Notes: generated by a model not told the origin, from the letters alone. A DNA stretch of 33,452 bases from Sandaracinaceae bacterium (GCA_947483975.1 CANKOL010000014.1:1-33452); one strand, 5' to 3'. Positions 9,222-22,637 are shown, numbered from the stretch's first letter. Translations and numbers: made by a program.

Positions 9222-9222
<1 letters not shown>
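7903..9222 (-). CDS. Fold-type-II PLP enzyme, threonine-synthase-like
   Basis: Start MSTLECQGCG (Zn-ribbon-like) at 9222, overlapping the upstream stop by 1 nt (TGATG); WVKDETRNVSGSHK (PLP Lys), ASCGNAA, VQVGGGAL, VCVLFTG. Confidence 0.88.
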
Positions 9223-10712
<1,490 letters not shown>

Positions 10713-10735
10713 CAGTGCCTCCGTGTGCGGCGCGA

Positions 10736-10772
10736 ATGATACGTGGGCAGCGGCGCGCCAGTCTCCTAGAAT
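10736..10772. promoter_or_regulatory. Back-to-back putative -10 boxes in a 67-bp divergent gap: TATCAT (minus strand, 10736-10741) and TAGAAT (plus strand, 10767-10772)
   Basis: TANNNT hexamers in otherwise GC-rich DNA; TAGAAT lies 7 nt before the ygfK-like ATG. Confidence 0.55.
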
Positions 10773-10779
10773 CGCGCGC

Positions 10780-12831
10780 ATGGCCGAACTGATCCCGCTG
10801 CCCTTCGGGCGGCTCGCGACGCGAATGTTCAGGGAGCTCGAGCGCGAGGGCGCGATCTTCGATCTCGAGCGCGACAAATTCTACCGAGGAGGCCCGGCGC
10901 ACGACCTGTCGATCGACGTCCACGGGCACGCCGCCGCGACGCCGCTCGGGCCCGCGGCGGGGCCGCACTCGCAGCTCGCGCAGAATATCGTGCTGTCGTT
11001 CCTCGGCGGCGGGCGCGTGTTCGAGCTGAAGACCGTGCAGCAGAACGATCAGCTCGACGTGCCGCGCCCGTGCATCGACATGGCCACGGTCGGCTACAAC
11101 GTCGAGTGGTCGCAGGAGCTGCGCCTCGAGCAGTCGCTCGAGGAGTACGTGAAGGCGTCGATGCTTATCGAGCTGCTCGTCGCGAGCGGGCGCTTGAACC
11201 TCGCGCCCGGCGCCGAGCGCACGGTGTTCGACATGAGCGTCGGCTACGACCTCGCCGGGATTCGCAGCGAGCGCGTGCGCGCGTTCATCGACGGGATGAA
11301 GGACTGCTCCGCCGTCGTCGAGCGCCTGCGCAAGGAGCTCCCGCCCGAGCTCGCGCAATACCGTGACCTGCCGTTCAAGACGCAGCTCTCGGACACTCTG
11401 ACGCTCTCGACGTTCCACGGCTGCCCGCCCGACGAGATCGAGCGCATCACCGACCATCTGCTCCGCGAGCACGCGCTGCACTGCGTCGTGAAGCTGAACC
11501 CGACGCTCCTCGGCGCGACGGACGCGCGCCGCATCTTCCACGACGCGCTCGGCTACACCGAGCGAATCCCGGACGAGGCGTTCACCAAGGACGCCCAGTG
11601 GTCGCAGGCGGTCGACATCATCGGTCGCCTCGGGGACACCGCGACGTCCCTCGGGCGCGGGCTCGGCGTGAAGTTCAGCAATACCCTGCTCGTCGAGAAT
11701 CATCGGGAGTTCTTCCCGAAGTCCGAGCAGGTGATGTACCTCTCCGGGCCCCCGCTGCACGTCCTCGCGATGACGCTCGTCGCGCGCTTCCGAGACACCT
11801 TCGGGGACCGATTCCCAGTCTCGTTCTCTGCGGGCATCGACCGACAGAACTTCGCAGACGCGGTGTCGCTCGGGCTGGTGCCCGTGACTGTATGCAGCGA
11901 TTTGCTTCGCGCGGGCGGCTATGGCCGTATGCGCTTCTACTTCGCGAACCTCGCCAAGCGCATGACCGCGGCGGGCGCGCGCGACGTCGATGAGTGGGTG
12001 TTGCGCGGGCAGGGCCTCGCGGAGGAGTCGCTCGAGGCTGCCGCGAACGGCGCGGACGTCAGCGCCGCGCGCGACGCGCTCGCCAACAAGGGAGAGCTGC
12101 GCGCTGCCGCCGGCCCGGCGCTCTACGCGCGTTGGCTGTCGGAGGCGCGCGTGCGCAACGCGCGGAAGTACGCCGACGCGGCGCTGGTGGACCCGCGCTA
12201 TGCGTCGGCCGCGAACTCCAAATCACCCAACAAGGTCGGCACCAAGCTCTGGCTCTTCGACTGCCTCACCTGCGACAAGTGCGTGCCGGTCTGTCCGAAT
12301 GACGCGAATTTCGCGTTCTTGCTGCCGAAGGGCGAGATCGCGATCACGCGCCTCCGGGGCCGCGCGGACGGCGGCTTCGACCGGGAGGACGCGGGCAAGC
12401 TCGTGATAGACAAGCACCATCAGCTCGCGAACTTCGCTGATTGCTGCAACGAGTGTGGCAACTGCGATGTGTTCTGCCCCGAGGACGGCGGCCCCTACGT
12501 GCTCAAGCCGCGCTTCTTCGGCAGCCCCGAGAGCTTTGCGCGCTTCGCGACGCACGACGGCTTTCACCTCTCACGCACGCCGAGCGGCGACACCGTCCTC
12601 GGGCGCTTCGAGGGCAAGACGCTCCGACTCGAGGTGACCGGCGAGCGCGCGGCGTTCTTCGGAGAGGGCTTCGACGTGCGGTTCGCGGCGGCCGACCCGG
12701 TCGGCACGCTCGAGGGGCGCATCGACGCCGGCGCGGTCGTCGATCTCGCGCACTTCGGCATCATGAACAACCTGCGCACGGCCATCCTCGATGGCCCCGG
12801 CGTGAACTACGTCAACGTGGGAGTCGGCTGA
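10780..12831 (+). CDS. ygfK: YgfK-like oxidoreductase (N-terminal YgfK domain plus C-terminal [4Fe-4S] motifs), lacking the GltD-like FAD/NAD(P)H module
   Basis: [17 protein letters not shown]...[59 protein letters not shown] and [13 protein letters not shown]. Start 10780 (683 aa). Confidence 0.88.
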   Translation: MAELIPLPFGRLATRMFRELEREGAIFDLERDKFYRGGPAHDLSIDVHGHAAATPLGPAAGPHSQLAQNIVLSFLGGGRVFELKTVQQNDQLDVPRPCIDMATVGYNVEWSQELRLEQSLEEYVKASMLIELLVASGRLNLAPGAERTVFDMSVGYDLAGIRSERVRAFIDGMKDCSAVVERLRKELPPELAQYRDLPFKTQLSDTLTLSTFHGCPPDEIERITDHLLREHALHCVVKLNPTLLGATDARRIFHDALGYTERIPDEAFTKDAQWSQAVDIIGRLGDTATSLGRGLGVKFSNTLLVENHREFFPKSEQVMYLSGPPLHVLAMTLVARFRDTFGDRFPVSFSAGIDRQNFADAVSLGLVPVTVCSDLLRAGGYGRMRFYFANLAKRMTAAGARDVDEWVLRGQGLAEESLEAAANGADVSAARDALANKGELRAAAGPALYARWLSEARVRNARKYADAALVDPRYASAANSKSPNKVGTKLWLFDCLTCDKCVPVCPNDANFAFLLPKGEIAITRLRGRADGGFDREDAGKLVIDKHHQLANFADCCNECGNCDVFCPEDGGPYVLKPRFFGSPESFARFATHDGFHLSRTPSGDTVLGRFEGKTLRLEVTGERAAFFGEGFDVRFAAADPVGTLEGRIDAGAVVDLAHFGIMNNLRTAILDGPGVNYVNVGVG

Positions 12832-14834
12832 CTCGGCACGTCGGCCAAACGCACGTCGATGCGATTGTCGTAGAAGGTGCTGCCCGCGCCCGCGTCGGTC
12901 AGGCGCTGCGATACCAGCGCGTTGACGTTCCTGCCGCCGGGCTGATGGCTCAGCCAGGGCACGCCGACGGCGACAGCCACGCCCGCCGGCACCGTGTCGG
13001 TGATGCGTAGTTGAAAGCGCACCTCGCCGAGCGCGTTCCACGCGATCACGGTATTCCCGTCCGAGAGGCCGCGCGAAGCGGCGTCGAGGGGGGACAGCTT
13101 GAGTGTGGGAGTGCCCTGTCGCCGCACGAGGTCCTCGCGCTCGGCGAAGGATGAGTTGAGCGTCTCGACGGCGGGCGGCGTCTGGAGCCGGAGCGGAAAG
13201 CCGCCGTCGTCTTCATAGCTGGGATGCCACTTCGGCAGCGCGTCCGGGAGCGCCGGATTGAGGACCTCGATCTTCCCCGAAGCGGTCAGCCAGCGCCCGC
13301 GCGGCGGGTGCAGCGACATCCCGAGCCCCGCGTCGAGCGCCGCGCGATCTGCAGGGTCGCGCCACGGCGACGGCGCGTCGAGCAGGGCATCGACGACCTC
13401 GTCCGCCGACCGTTGAAAGACGTCCTCGGAATAGCCCATCGCCGCGGCGAGGGCGCGGAAGACCGCCCAGTTCGAGCGCGACTCCCCGACGGGCGCGATG
13501 GCGGGTCGAGTGCGCTGCAGCACGAAGTGCCCATATCCGCGGTAGAGGTCGCTCGTCTCGAGCATCGTCGGCGCGGGCAGCACGACATCGGCATAGCGGG
13601 CCGTGTCGGTCAAGAAGCGCTCGTGGACGACCGTGAACAGGTCCTCTCGCGCGAGGCCGCGCAGCACGGCGTTTTGATCGGGCGTCACGGCGGCGGGGTT
13701 CGCGCTGTGGATGTAGAGCGCCATCACGCGCGGCGCGTCGAGCGCCGTGAGCGCGTGCCCAAGCTGGTTCATGTTGACGAGGCGCGTCTTGCTCGGCTGC
13801 AGGTCCTCGCGCGTGAACGGCGCGAGCTCGACGGCGGAGGCGGAGCCCGTCGCGACGAGGAGCCCGGCGCCGGGCTTGCCATACGCACCGACCGCGGCGG
13901 GTAAACAAGCGATGGCGCGCGCGCTCCCCGCGCCGTTGCCGTAGCGCGTCAGGCCATATCCGAGCTTGATGAACGGCGCGCGGGCCGCGGCGTAGAGATG
14001 CGCGAGGCGCTCGATCTCCGCGGGCGGCAGGCCGCAGACCTCGGCGGCGCGCGCCGGCGTCCAAGTGGGTAGTACGTCTCGCGCGAGGTCGTCCCACCCC
14101 TGCACGTTTGAGGCGAGGAACGCGCGGTCCACGAGGCCATCCCGCTCGAGCACGTGCAGCAGGCCGAGCGCCAGCGCGCCGTCGCTCCCGGGGCGCACCA
14201 AGAGCACCTCGTCCGCGAGCGCCGCGCTCGGCGTGCGCCAGGTGTCGATGAGGAGCACGCGCGCGCCGTTTTTGCGCGCCTCTTTGACGCGCAGCGCGAA
14301 GTGCACGCTCGTCGCGAGGATGTTGGCGCCCCACAGGATCACGAGGTCGCTGTCCCGCGCCTCTTCCGGGTCGGGGCCCGGCGTCGCGCCGAGGACCATC
14401 TTCCACCCGGCGAGCGCCGACGACGAGCAGATCGTGTAGTCGAGTCGCGACGCGCCCATCCGATGGAAGAACGCCATATGCGCATTGCGCTGCACGAGTC
14501 CCATCGTCCCAGCATAGGAGTACGGCAACACCGACTCTGCGCCATGCGTGGCAATGACGTCTCGCCAGCGACTCGCGATGTGCGCGATGGCCGCGTCCCA
14601 CGTCGTCGGCGCAAAGCGCCCTTCGCCCTTCGGGCCGACGCGCAGGAGCGGCGTCGTCAGGCGCCCCGCGTGATGCACGGTGCGCTCGTAGTCCTTCACC
14701 TTCGAGCAGAGCGAACCCCGCGAATACGGGTGCTCCGGGTCTCCGCGTACGCCGGTGACGCGCCCCTCGGAGACGTCGACGAGCAGACCGCAGGTGTCGG
14801 GGCAGTCGTAGGGGCAGGCAGAGCGGATAGGCAT
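12807..14834 (-). CDS. Cytoplasmic molybdopterin (bis-PGD) oxidoreductase with an N-terminal [4Fe-4S] site
   Basis: CPYDCPDTC...GSLC, YSYAGTMG, TICSS, LWGAN, HERFLTDTARYADVVLPA, LNSSF and a C-terminal molybdopterin-dinucleotide domain; no Tat signal. Confidence 0.92.
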   Translation of the reverse strand: MPIRSACPYDCPDTCGLLVDVSEGRVTGVRGDPEHPYSRGSLCSKVKDYERTVHHAGRLTTPLLRVGPKGEGRFAPTTWDAAIAHIASRWRDVIATHGAESVLPYSYAGTMGLVQRNAHMAFFHRMGASRLDYTICSSSALAGWKMVLGATPGPDPEEARDSDLVILWGANILATSVHFALRVKEARKNGARVLLIDTWRTPSAALADEVLLVRPGSDGALALGLLHVLERDGLVDRAFLASNVQGWDDLARDVLPTWTPARAAEVCGLPPAEIERLAHLYAAARAPFIKLGYGLTRYGNGAGSARAIACLPAAVGAYGKPGAGLLVATGSASAVELAPFTREDLQPSKTRLVNMNQLGHALTALDAPRVMALYIHSANPAAVTPDQNAVLRGLAREDLFTVVHERFLTDTARYADVVLPAPTMLETSDLYRGYGHFVLQRTRPAIAPVGESRSNWAVFRALAAAMGYSEDVFQRSADEVVDALLDAPSPWRDPADRAALDAGLGMSLHPPRGRWLTASGKIEVLNPALPDALPKWHPSYEDDGGFPLRLQTPPAVETLNSSFAEREDLVRRQGTPTLKLSPLDAASRGLSDGNTVIAWNALGEVRFQLRITDTVPAGVAVAVGVPWLSHQPGGRNVNALVSQRLTDAGAGSTFYDNRIDVRLADVPSQPTPTLT

Positions 14835-14889
14835 CGCCGAGAGAGCATAGTCCGAGAGGGCGCGTTTGCGGACCGCTCGCAGAACCAGG

Positions 14890-14895
14890 TAACGT
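14890..14895 (+). promoter_or_regulatory. Putative -10 box (TAACGT), 7 nt upstream of the ATG at 14903 (leaderless type)
   Basis: TANNNT-N7-ATG with no SD sequence; a TATGCT on the minus strand (14844-14849) precedes the divergent gene. Confidence 0.45.
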
Positions 14896-14902
14896 CACGG
14901 GC

Positions 14903-16420
14903 ATGAAACGACTCGGTGTGCTGCTCGTGCTGCTGCTCGCGGGTGGGTGCTCGACCGGCAACGCGACCCCCTCGAAGCGGGACGGCGGCGACGGACTCGA
15001 CGCAGGCCCTGCGCGCGACGCCGCGCTGTGCGCGAGCGCGAACGACAGCGACCTCGACGGCGTCAACGACGCCGACGAGTGCGCGCACGGCACGGACCCC
15101 TACAACCGCGACTCGGACGGAGACGGCGTCACCGATCTCGGCGAGGCCGCCGCGGGCACCAACCCGCTCGATCCGGCGAGCACGATCCCGCCGGGCGACT
15201 TCTTCGTCGTGCTGCCGTACACCGGAGAGCACGTCGCGCGCACGCTGCGCTTCGGCACGAACCTCCAGAAGGCGGACCTCTACTTCCTCGTCGACACCAC
15301 AGGCTCGATGCAGCCCGCGATCGACAACGTGCGCTCGTCGCTCGCGCGCATCGCCGCCGAGGTCGCGACGCGCATCCCGGACGTCGAGATGGGGGTGGGG
15401 CGCCTCGAGGACTTCCCGTTCTCCGACGCGAGCCCATTCGGCCCGACGTTCTTCGGGGCGGCGACGGATGTGCCCTATCAAGACCGGCAGATGATCACGG
15501 GCGACGTCGGACTCGTCGACGCGGCGCTCGGCGCCCTCGACATCGGGGACGGGCACGACGGGCCAGAGGCGCAGGTCGAGGCGCTCTATCAGACCGCGAC
15601 AGGCGAGGGCGGCGACTGGACGACGACCATCCCCGGCGGCGGCCTCCTCGGCGGGCTATCGCGCTACACGCTGCCGCCGAAGACCTGCCCGAGCGTGCCC
15701 GACGAGACCGGCGTCCGGCGCGGCTATCCGTGCTTTCGCCCAGAGTCGCTGCCCATCGTCGTGCTCGTCACGGACATCGAGTGGCACAATGGCTACACCG
15801 ATGGAGCGCATTGGCCGTATTCGCTGATCGCGCCTGCGCCGCACACGCTGCCTCAGGCGGCCGCGGCGCTCAGCGGCATTGGCGGTCGCTACCTCGGCAT
15901 CGCCGTCGGCGACACCGAGCCTGTCGCGTATTGGCGCATGGACCACGAGGCGGTCGCGCTCGCGACGGGCAGCGTCGACGAGACGGGCGCGCCGCTCGTC
16001 TACAACGCGCTGAGTGGCACCGTGTCCGACGCGATCCTCACCGGCATCGAGACGCTCGCGCTGCGCACTCCCGAGGATGTCGGCACCAACACCGAGAACG
16101 TGGCTGGCAATCCCGGTGACACGGACGCGACGCTGTTCATCAAGGCCATCGCGCCCGTCGAGGGCTATGGGCCGCACGGAGAGTACGGCCCGCTGCCGGG
16201 AGTCACCTACGTCCGGAAGGACGACACGGTGTTCTACGGGGTCACGCCGGGCACTCAGGTGGACTTCGCGATCGACTTCTACAACGACGTCGTGCCGCCC
16301 CCCGCGACGGCGCAGATCTATCGAGCGCGCATCGTCGTGCTCGGCAATCGCGTCGCGCGCCTGAGCGAGCGGCAGGTCTACATCATCGTCCCGCCCGACC
16401 ACGTCACGATCCTGATCTGA
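14903..16420 (+). CDS. CglD-like lipoprotein with Ca-binding TSP3-type repeats and a vWA domain
   Basis: Lipobox LAGGC; DSDLDGVND..E...GTDP and DSDGDGVTD..E...GTNP repeats; MIDAS-like DLYFLVDTTGSM; PCFRPESLPIVVLVTD. Confidence 0.8.
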   Translation: MKRLGVLLVLLLAGGCSTGNATPSKRDGGDGLDAGPARDAALCASANDSDLDGVNDADECAHGTDPYNRDSDGDGVTDLGEAAAGTNPLDPASTIPPGDFFVVLPYTGEHVARTLRFGTNLQKADLYFLVDTTGSMQPAIDNVRSSLARIAAEVATRIPDVEMGVGRLEDFPFSDASPFGPTFFGAATDVPYQDRQMITGDVGLVDAALGALDIGDGHDGPEAQVEALYQTATGEGGDWTTTIPGGGLLGGLSRYTLPPKTCPSVPDETGVRRGYPCFRPESLPIVVLVTDIEWHNGYTDGAHWPYSLIAPAPHTLPQAAAALSGIGGRYLGIAVGDTEPVAYWRMDHEAVALATGSVDETGAPLVYNALSGTVSDAILTGIETLALRTPEDVGTNTENVAGNPGDTDATLFIKAIAPVEGYGPHGEYGPLPGVTYVRKDDTVFYGVTPGTQVDFAIDFYNDVVPPPATAQIYRARIVVLGNRVARLSERQVYIIVPPDHVTILI

Positions 16421-16442
16421 CGTAGTCCGGGCCGCCGCGCGC

Positions 16443-17387
16443 TCACTTCCGGGGAGAGTAGATGTCGTGTCGGATGTCCCGCGGGAGGTTCCAGCCCGAG
16501 GGATCTGCAGCGCTCAGTTGCGACAAGTCGAGGTCGGCGACGATCAGGCTCGCGTGCGTCGAGACGTCCTTCGCGCGCCCGTTCGGGCCGACGAAGTGCG
16601 TCTCGCCGAAGTACGGCTGATTCCAGGGAGGCTCGACGCCGCTGCGGTTGCTGCCCCCGATGAACACGTTGTGCCGCGCCGCGTCGACCTCGAACTCGAC
16701 CTGCCACATCCGCTCGCTCTTCGCGCCGAAGGTGACGGCGGGCGAGAAGATCAGCTCCGCGCCTTCGCGGGCGAGCGACCACATCACACCCTCGAAGTGT
16801 CGGTCGTAGCAGATGGCGACTCCGAGGCGCCCGAGCGACGTCGTGAACACTGGGAAATAGGGGTTCTTCGAGACGTTCGTCGCGCCGAGGAAATTCTGCC
16901 CGTCGCTGCGCTCGTAGTAGAGGTTCTCGTGGAAGCTGCCCTGCTCGTTGGTGCCATACGGGATATGCGTCTTGCGATAGGTGCCGAGCACCTCGCCCAG
17001 CTCGTCGATGACCACTGCCGTGTTGAAGCGCTTGCCCGAGGTCGAGTCGAGCTCGTAGATGGGCGCGATCACGATCATGTGGAGTCGGCGCGCGGCCGCC
17101 CGCAGCGTCGTGATGGTCGCGCCGTCGCGCGCGTCCTCCGCGAGGGCGGTCCACATCGGGTCGCTGCGGAGCGCGAAGTACGGCCCCGGAAAGAGCTCGC
17201 CGAAGCACACGACCTGAACGCCTTGGCGCGCGCAGTCCTCGAGCAGCTCGAGGTGATGGTCGACGTTGGCGCGGCGCACCTCCTCGAGGCGCCCGGCGAG
17301 GGCGGAGAGCCCGTCGACCGTACTCGGCATCTCGCGATACGCGTTGACCGTCTGCGTCATCGCGGCGCGTACGAGGCGCGGGCTCAT
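16443..17387 (-). CDS. Nitrilase-superfamily carbon-nitrogen hydrolase, beta-ureidopropionase-like
   Basis: ATG at 17387 overlaps the M20 stop (ATGA); catalytic triad in FGELF, YRKTHIP and AICYDRHF. Confidence 0.88.
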   Translation of the reverse strand: MSPRLVRAAMTQTVNAYREMPSTVDGLSALAGRLEEVRRANVDHHLELLEDCARQGVQVVCFGELFPGPYFALRSDPMWTALAEDARDGATITTLRAAARRLHMIVIAPIYELDSTSGKRFNTAVVIDELGEVLGTYRKTHIPYGTNEQGSFHENLYYERSDGQNFLGATNVSKNPYFPVFTTSLGRLGVAICYDRHFEGVMWSLAREGAELIFSPAVTFGAKSERMWQVEFEVDAARHNVFIGGSNRSGVEPPWNQPYFGETHFVGPNGRAKDVSTHASLIVADLDLSQLSAADPSGWNLPRDIRHDIYSPRK

Positions 17388-18655
17388 GCGCCCTCCGCTT
17401 CGTCGGCGAACGAGAGCAACACATCGAGCAGCACATTGCCTCCGTTGGCGCATTGCTCGGGCGTCGAGAGCTCGCGCGGGTTGTGGCTGATCCCGTCGTA
17501 TTCGCCGGGCACGAAGATCATGCCGGCCGTGCAGACTCGGGCCATCTCCTGCGCGTCGTGGCCCGCGCCCGAGACGATGGCCTGTCGCCAGAGTCCGCGC
17601 GCTTCGGCGGCCGCGTCGACGCGCGCTCGCACGGTGTCGGCGAAGGGCACGAACGGCGTCCGCGCCGTCTGCCGGTGGGTGATGGTCACCTTCTCTTCGC
17701 GGGCGACCTCCTCGTAGAAGAGCAGGAGCTCGGACTCCGCGCGCTCGAGCACGCCGTCGTCGGGATTGCGGATGTCCACGCTCGCGACGACGCGACCCGG
17801 GACGACGTTGACGAGCCCGGGGTGCGGCGCGATCACGCCCATCGTCGCGCGAAGCTCCGCGCCGAAGCGCCCCGACGCGACCATCTCGCGCAGCCGCACG
17901 TTGATGCGCGCAGCCGCGACGCCCGCGTCGGCGCGCAGCGACATCGGGGTCGTGCCCGCGTGCGCGCTCTTGCCGATGATCAGGAGCTCGTGCCAGCAAA
18001 TGGCCTGCACGCCGAGGACGACGCCGATGTCGCAATTCGCCGCGCGGAGCACCGGACCTTGTTCGACGTGGCACTCGAGGTAGGCGTGCGGCGGCGTGAG
18101 GCGCTCGTCCGCGTCGCCGCGAAACCCGATCGCGTCGAGCTCTTCCTTCACCGAGCGCCCCGCGGGATCGCGCAGCGCATAGGCCCTCTCGAGCGGGATA
18201 CGCCCCGTCGCGACGGCGCTCCCGAGCATATCCGTGCTGAAGCGCGCGCCCTCTTCTTCGCTGAAGAACGCGACGACGACGGGGCGCAGCGTCTCGCGCT
18301 TCGCGTCGTTCAGCGAGCGCACGACCTCCAGCCCGGCGAGCACGCCGAGGCAGCCGTCGAAGCGCCCAGCGGTCGCGACCGAGTCGATGTGCGAGCCCAT
18401 CATCACCGGGCGCAGCGCGTCGTTCGTGCCGCGTCGGCGCCCGAAGGCGTTGCCGATGCGATCGACGGTGACCTCGAGCCCGGCGGCGCGCATCTCGGCG
18501 ACGACGTGCCGCCGACCCGCGCCATCGGCGGCGCTGAAGGCGAGGCGGCAGACGCCGCGAAGTCCGGAGTACGGGTCCTCGTAGGCGCCGATCTCACCGA
18601 GCGCTTGGAGCGAAGCGTAGAGGCGGGGACCATCGATCGAGAGGGTCGGTTTCAC
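17384..18655 (-). CDS. M20 Zn amidohydrolase of the hydantoinase/carbamoylase family (N-carbamoyl-L-amino-acid / allantoate amidohydrolase-like)
   Basis: [52 protein letters not shown] start. Confidence 0.92.
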   Translation of the reverse strand: MKPTLSIDGPRLYASLQALGEIGAYEDPYSGLRGVCRLAFSAADGAGRRHVVAEMRAAGLEVTVDRIGNAFGRRRGTNDALRPVMMGSHIDSVATAGRFDGCLGVLAGLEVVRSLNDAKRETLRPVVVAFFSEEEGARFSTDMLGSAVATGRIPLERAYALRDPAGRSVKEELDAIGFRGDADERLTPPHAYLECHVEQGPVLRAANCDIGVVLGVQAICWHELLIIGKSAHAGTTPMSLRADAGVAAARINVRLREMVASGRFGAELRATMGVIAPHPGLVNVVPGRVVASVDIRNPDDGVLERAESELLLFYEEVAREEKVTITHRQTARTPFVPFADTVRARVDAAAEARGLWRQAIVSGAGHDAQEMARVCTAGMIFVPGEYDGISHNPRELSTPEQCANGGNVLLDVLLSFADEAEGA

Positions 18656-18662
18656 GCCGCGC

Positions 18663-18668
18663 AGGATA
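18663..18668 (-). promoter_or_regulatory. Putative -10 box (TATCCT), 7 nt upstream of the GTG at 18655 (leaderless type)
   Basis: The minus strand reads TATCCT-GCGCGGC-GTG with no SD sequence. Confidence 0.5.
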
Positions 18669-18739
18669 GCGGAACGCGCGCGATACGACAGCGCGGGAGT
18701 GTCCGCTGCGCCGCCGTTTCTTCGGAGCGCGGAACTCGT

Positions 18740-19890
<1,151 letters not shown>

Positions 19891-19894
<4 letters not shown>

Positions 19895-22521
19895 CGGAAC
19901 GTGCTCCTGTCGCCCTTGAGGCGGCCGACGCTCATCGCGCGCGCCGCGGCGGAGTCCTTCATCGGCAGCGTCATGCGGCGGATTCCGTCGAACGCCTCGA
20001 GCGCGCCGGCGACGGCGCCCGCCGTCGGCACGAGCCCGATCTCTCCGACGCCCTTCGCCCCGAACGGCCCCTCGGGCTCGTAGTCCTCGATCAGGATGAC
20101 CTCGACCTCCGGCATATCGCGCGCTCGCAAGACGCCGATCTCGCGCAGCTTCGAGGTGACGGGCATCCCGTCGACGCACGGCAACTCCTCGGTGAGCGCG
20201 TAGCCGAGCCCCATGTGAATCGCGCCCTCGATCTGCCCCGTGCAGAGCGCCGGGTTCACCGCGCGCCCGACGTCGTGCGCCGCGATGAAGCGCTCGACGC
20301 GCCCGTTCTCGTCGAGGATGCAGACCTGCGTCGCGTAGCCGAAGGTCGTGTGCGTCTTGACCTTGGGCACGTCCTTGCCGAGCGGCGTCGTGTCGTCGAT
20401 CACGATGTCCGCGGCATACACGCGCCCGATCAGGTCGCGCACCGAGGCGCCGGTGTCGAGGTCGGCGCGCAGCTTGGTCGCGACCTCCTTCACGGCGCGC
20501 CCGCCGAGCAGCGTCGCGCGCGAGCCGGTCGTCTGCCCGCTCTGTAGCGCGAAGGTGGTGTCGACCTTCGGGCGGAACGTCGCCCCCGGGAGCCCCGTCA
20601 CCTCCGACGCGAACTGCGCGAAGATCGTCAGCAGCCCTTGGCCCATCTCCGTGAAGCCGTTGTAGAGCGAGATGCTCTCGTCAGCCTCGACGACGAGGCG
20701 CGCGCGCCCCCACTCCGCGACGCCGTTGCCGATGCCGCTGTTCTTCAGGCCGCACGCGATGCCGACCGCCTTACCCGCCGCCTTCGCCGCGTAGTAGCGA
20801 TCTTTCACGGCTTCCAGGGTCTTCCGGATACCGACGGATTTCTCCATCACCTGACCCGTCGAGAAGATGTCCCCGACGTCGATGACGTTGCGCTCGCGGA
20901 TCTCGTAGGCGTCGAGCCCGACCTTCTTCGCGAGCAGATCCAGGCAGCCCTCGAGCGCGAACGACGCTTGGTTCGCGCCGAAGCCGCGCATCGCGCCGCA
21001 CGGCGGGTTGTTCGTGTAGGCGGCGACCGCCTCGATGTCGACGTGGTTCACGCGGTACGGGCCGCACGCGTGCCCCGCGGCGCGCTCGAGCACCTTGCCG
21101 CCGACCGACGCGTACGCGCCCGAGTCGCCGAACATCCGCGCGCGCACCGCCGTCAGGCGCCCCTCGGCGTCGCAGCCCACCGTGTAGTGCATCTCGATCG
21201 GGTGCCGCTTCGGGTGCACGCGCACGGACTCTTCGCGCGTGAGCGCGAGCCGCACCGGGCGCCCGCTCAGCTTGGCGAGGAGCGCCGTCTGCGCCTGCAC
21301 GGACATATCCTCCTTGCCGCCGAACGCGCCGCCGTTCGGGACGAGCTCGACGTAGAGCTGATCCTCTGGGATCCCGAGAAAGCGCGCGACCTGCCGCTGG
21401 TCGTCGAAGATGCCCTGACCTTGCGTGTAGAGCGCCATGCGCCCGTCGGGGAGGGGCTCCGCGAGGGCGCACTCGGTCTCGAGGAAGAGATGCTCGATGC
21501 GCTGCGTCTGCCAGGTGCCGGAGACGACGTGCGCGCTCGCCGCGAGGGTCGTGTCTGCGTCGCCACGGCGGATGATCGAGCGCGAGAGCACGTTGTCGTG
21601 CTTCGGGTTCACGCGCGGGGCGCCCGGCGCGATGGACGTGTGCGGGTCGAGGACCGCGGGGAGCTTCTCCCACGTCGCGTCGATCAGCAGCACGGCGCGG
21701 CGCGCGGTCGCGACGTCGTCGGCGGCGACCGCGGCGATCACGTCGCCGACGCAGCGCGCCTCTTCGCCGACGGCGATGAAGCCCGGCCAATCCTCGTAGA
21801 GGATGCCGTTCCAGCGCTCGCCGGGGACCTCGGCTGCGGTCGCGACGGCGTGCACGCCGGGGAGGGCGCGCGCGCGGCTGACGTCGAGCGAGACGAGCCT
21901 CGCGCGAGCGTGCGGCGACAGCAGCAGCGCGCCGTGCAGCAGGCCCTCGCGCTTCATGTCGGCGACGTACGGTCGGTCCCCGAGCACGAGCTCTTTGCCG
22001 CGATACCGCTGGAACGACGCGCCGACGTGCGAGTCGGTGACGGGCGCGGGGATCTCCTCGCCGCGGCGCCCCTTCGCGATCAGCTCGACCGCGTCGATGA
22101 TCTTCACGTAGCCCGTGCAGCGACAGAGGTGCCCGTCGATGGCGCGCGCGATCTCGTCGCGCGTCGGGTTCGGGTTCTTGTCGATCAGGTGCTTGGCGCG
22201 GAGCGCGATCCCCGGGATGCAGAAGCCGCACTGCAGCCCCGCCGCGGCGAGGAACGCGCGCGCGGTCAGGTCGCGCTCTTCCGGCGACAGCCCCTCGAGG
22301 GTCAGCACGCTCTTGCCGTGCGCCTTCTCCGCCGAAGTCGCGCAGCTCGTCTTGGGCTGCCCGTCGATCAGCACCAAGCAGCAGCCGCACTGGCCTTGGG
22401 GTTGGCAGCCGTCCTTCGGCGAAGTGACGTCACAGCGCTCGCGCAGGGCGTCGAGCAGGGACTCGTCCGCGGCGACTTCGATGCGCCTTGGCTCTCCGTT
22501 CAGCGTGAACTCGACTGGCAT
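19891..22521 (-). CDS. xdh: Xanthine-dehydrogenase-family molybdenum hydroxylase, fused 2x[2Fe-2S] + Moco subunit (selenium-dependent Xdh-like)
   Basis: KDGCQPQGQCGCC, QCGFCIPG, CRCTGY; GGAFGGKE, GAMRGFG, GQG, TTGSR, GAKGVGE; ATG at 22521 with GGAGG RBS. Confidence 0.92.
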
Positions 22522-22637
22522 CCGAGGACCTCCGACGCGACCTCGGTCGCGCGGGCGGAGCATATCGCGACGCGCGCGGACGGTGTGGTAGCTTCCGCCG
22601 CGTTCGGGGCCCCGGCTTCCAACAGGAGAGACAGCGT

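Noticed and set aside
10747..10761. Sigma-54 promoter-like CTGGCGCGCCGCTGC on the minus strand
   Set aside because: GG-to-GC spacing is 9 nt rather than the required 10.
10780..12831. Selenate reductase function for the YgfK-like protein
   Set aside because: A legacy annotation; the gene context points to purine/pyrimidine ring reduction.
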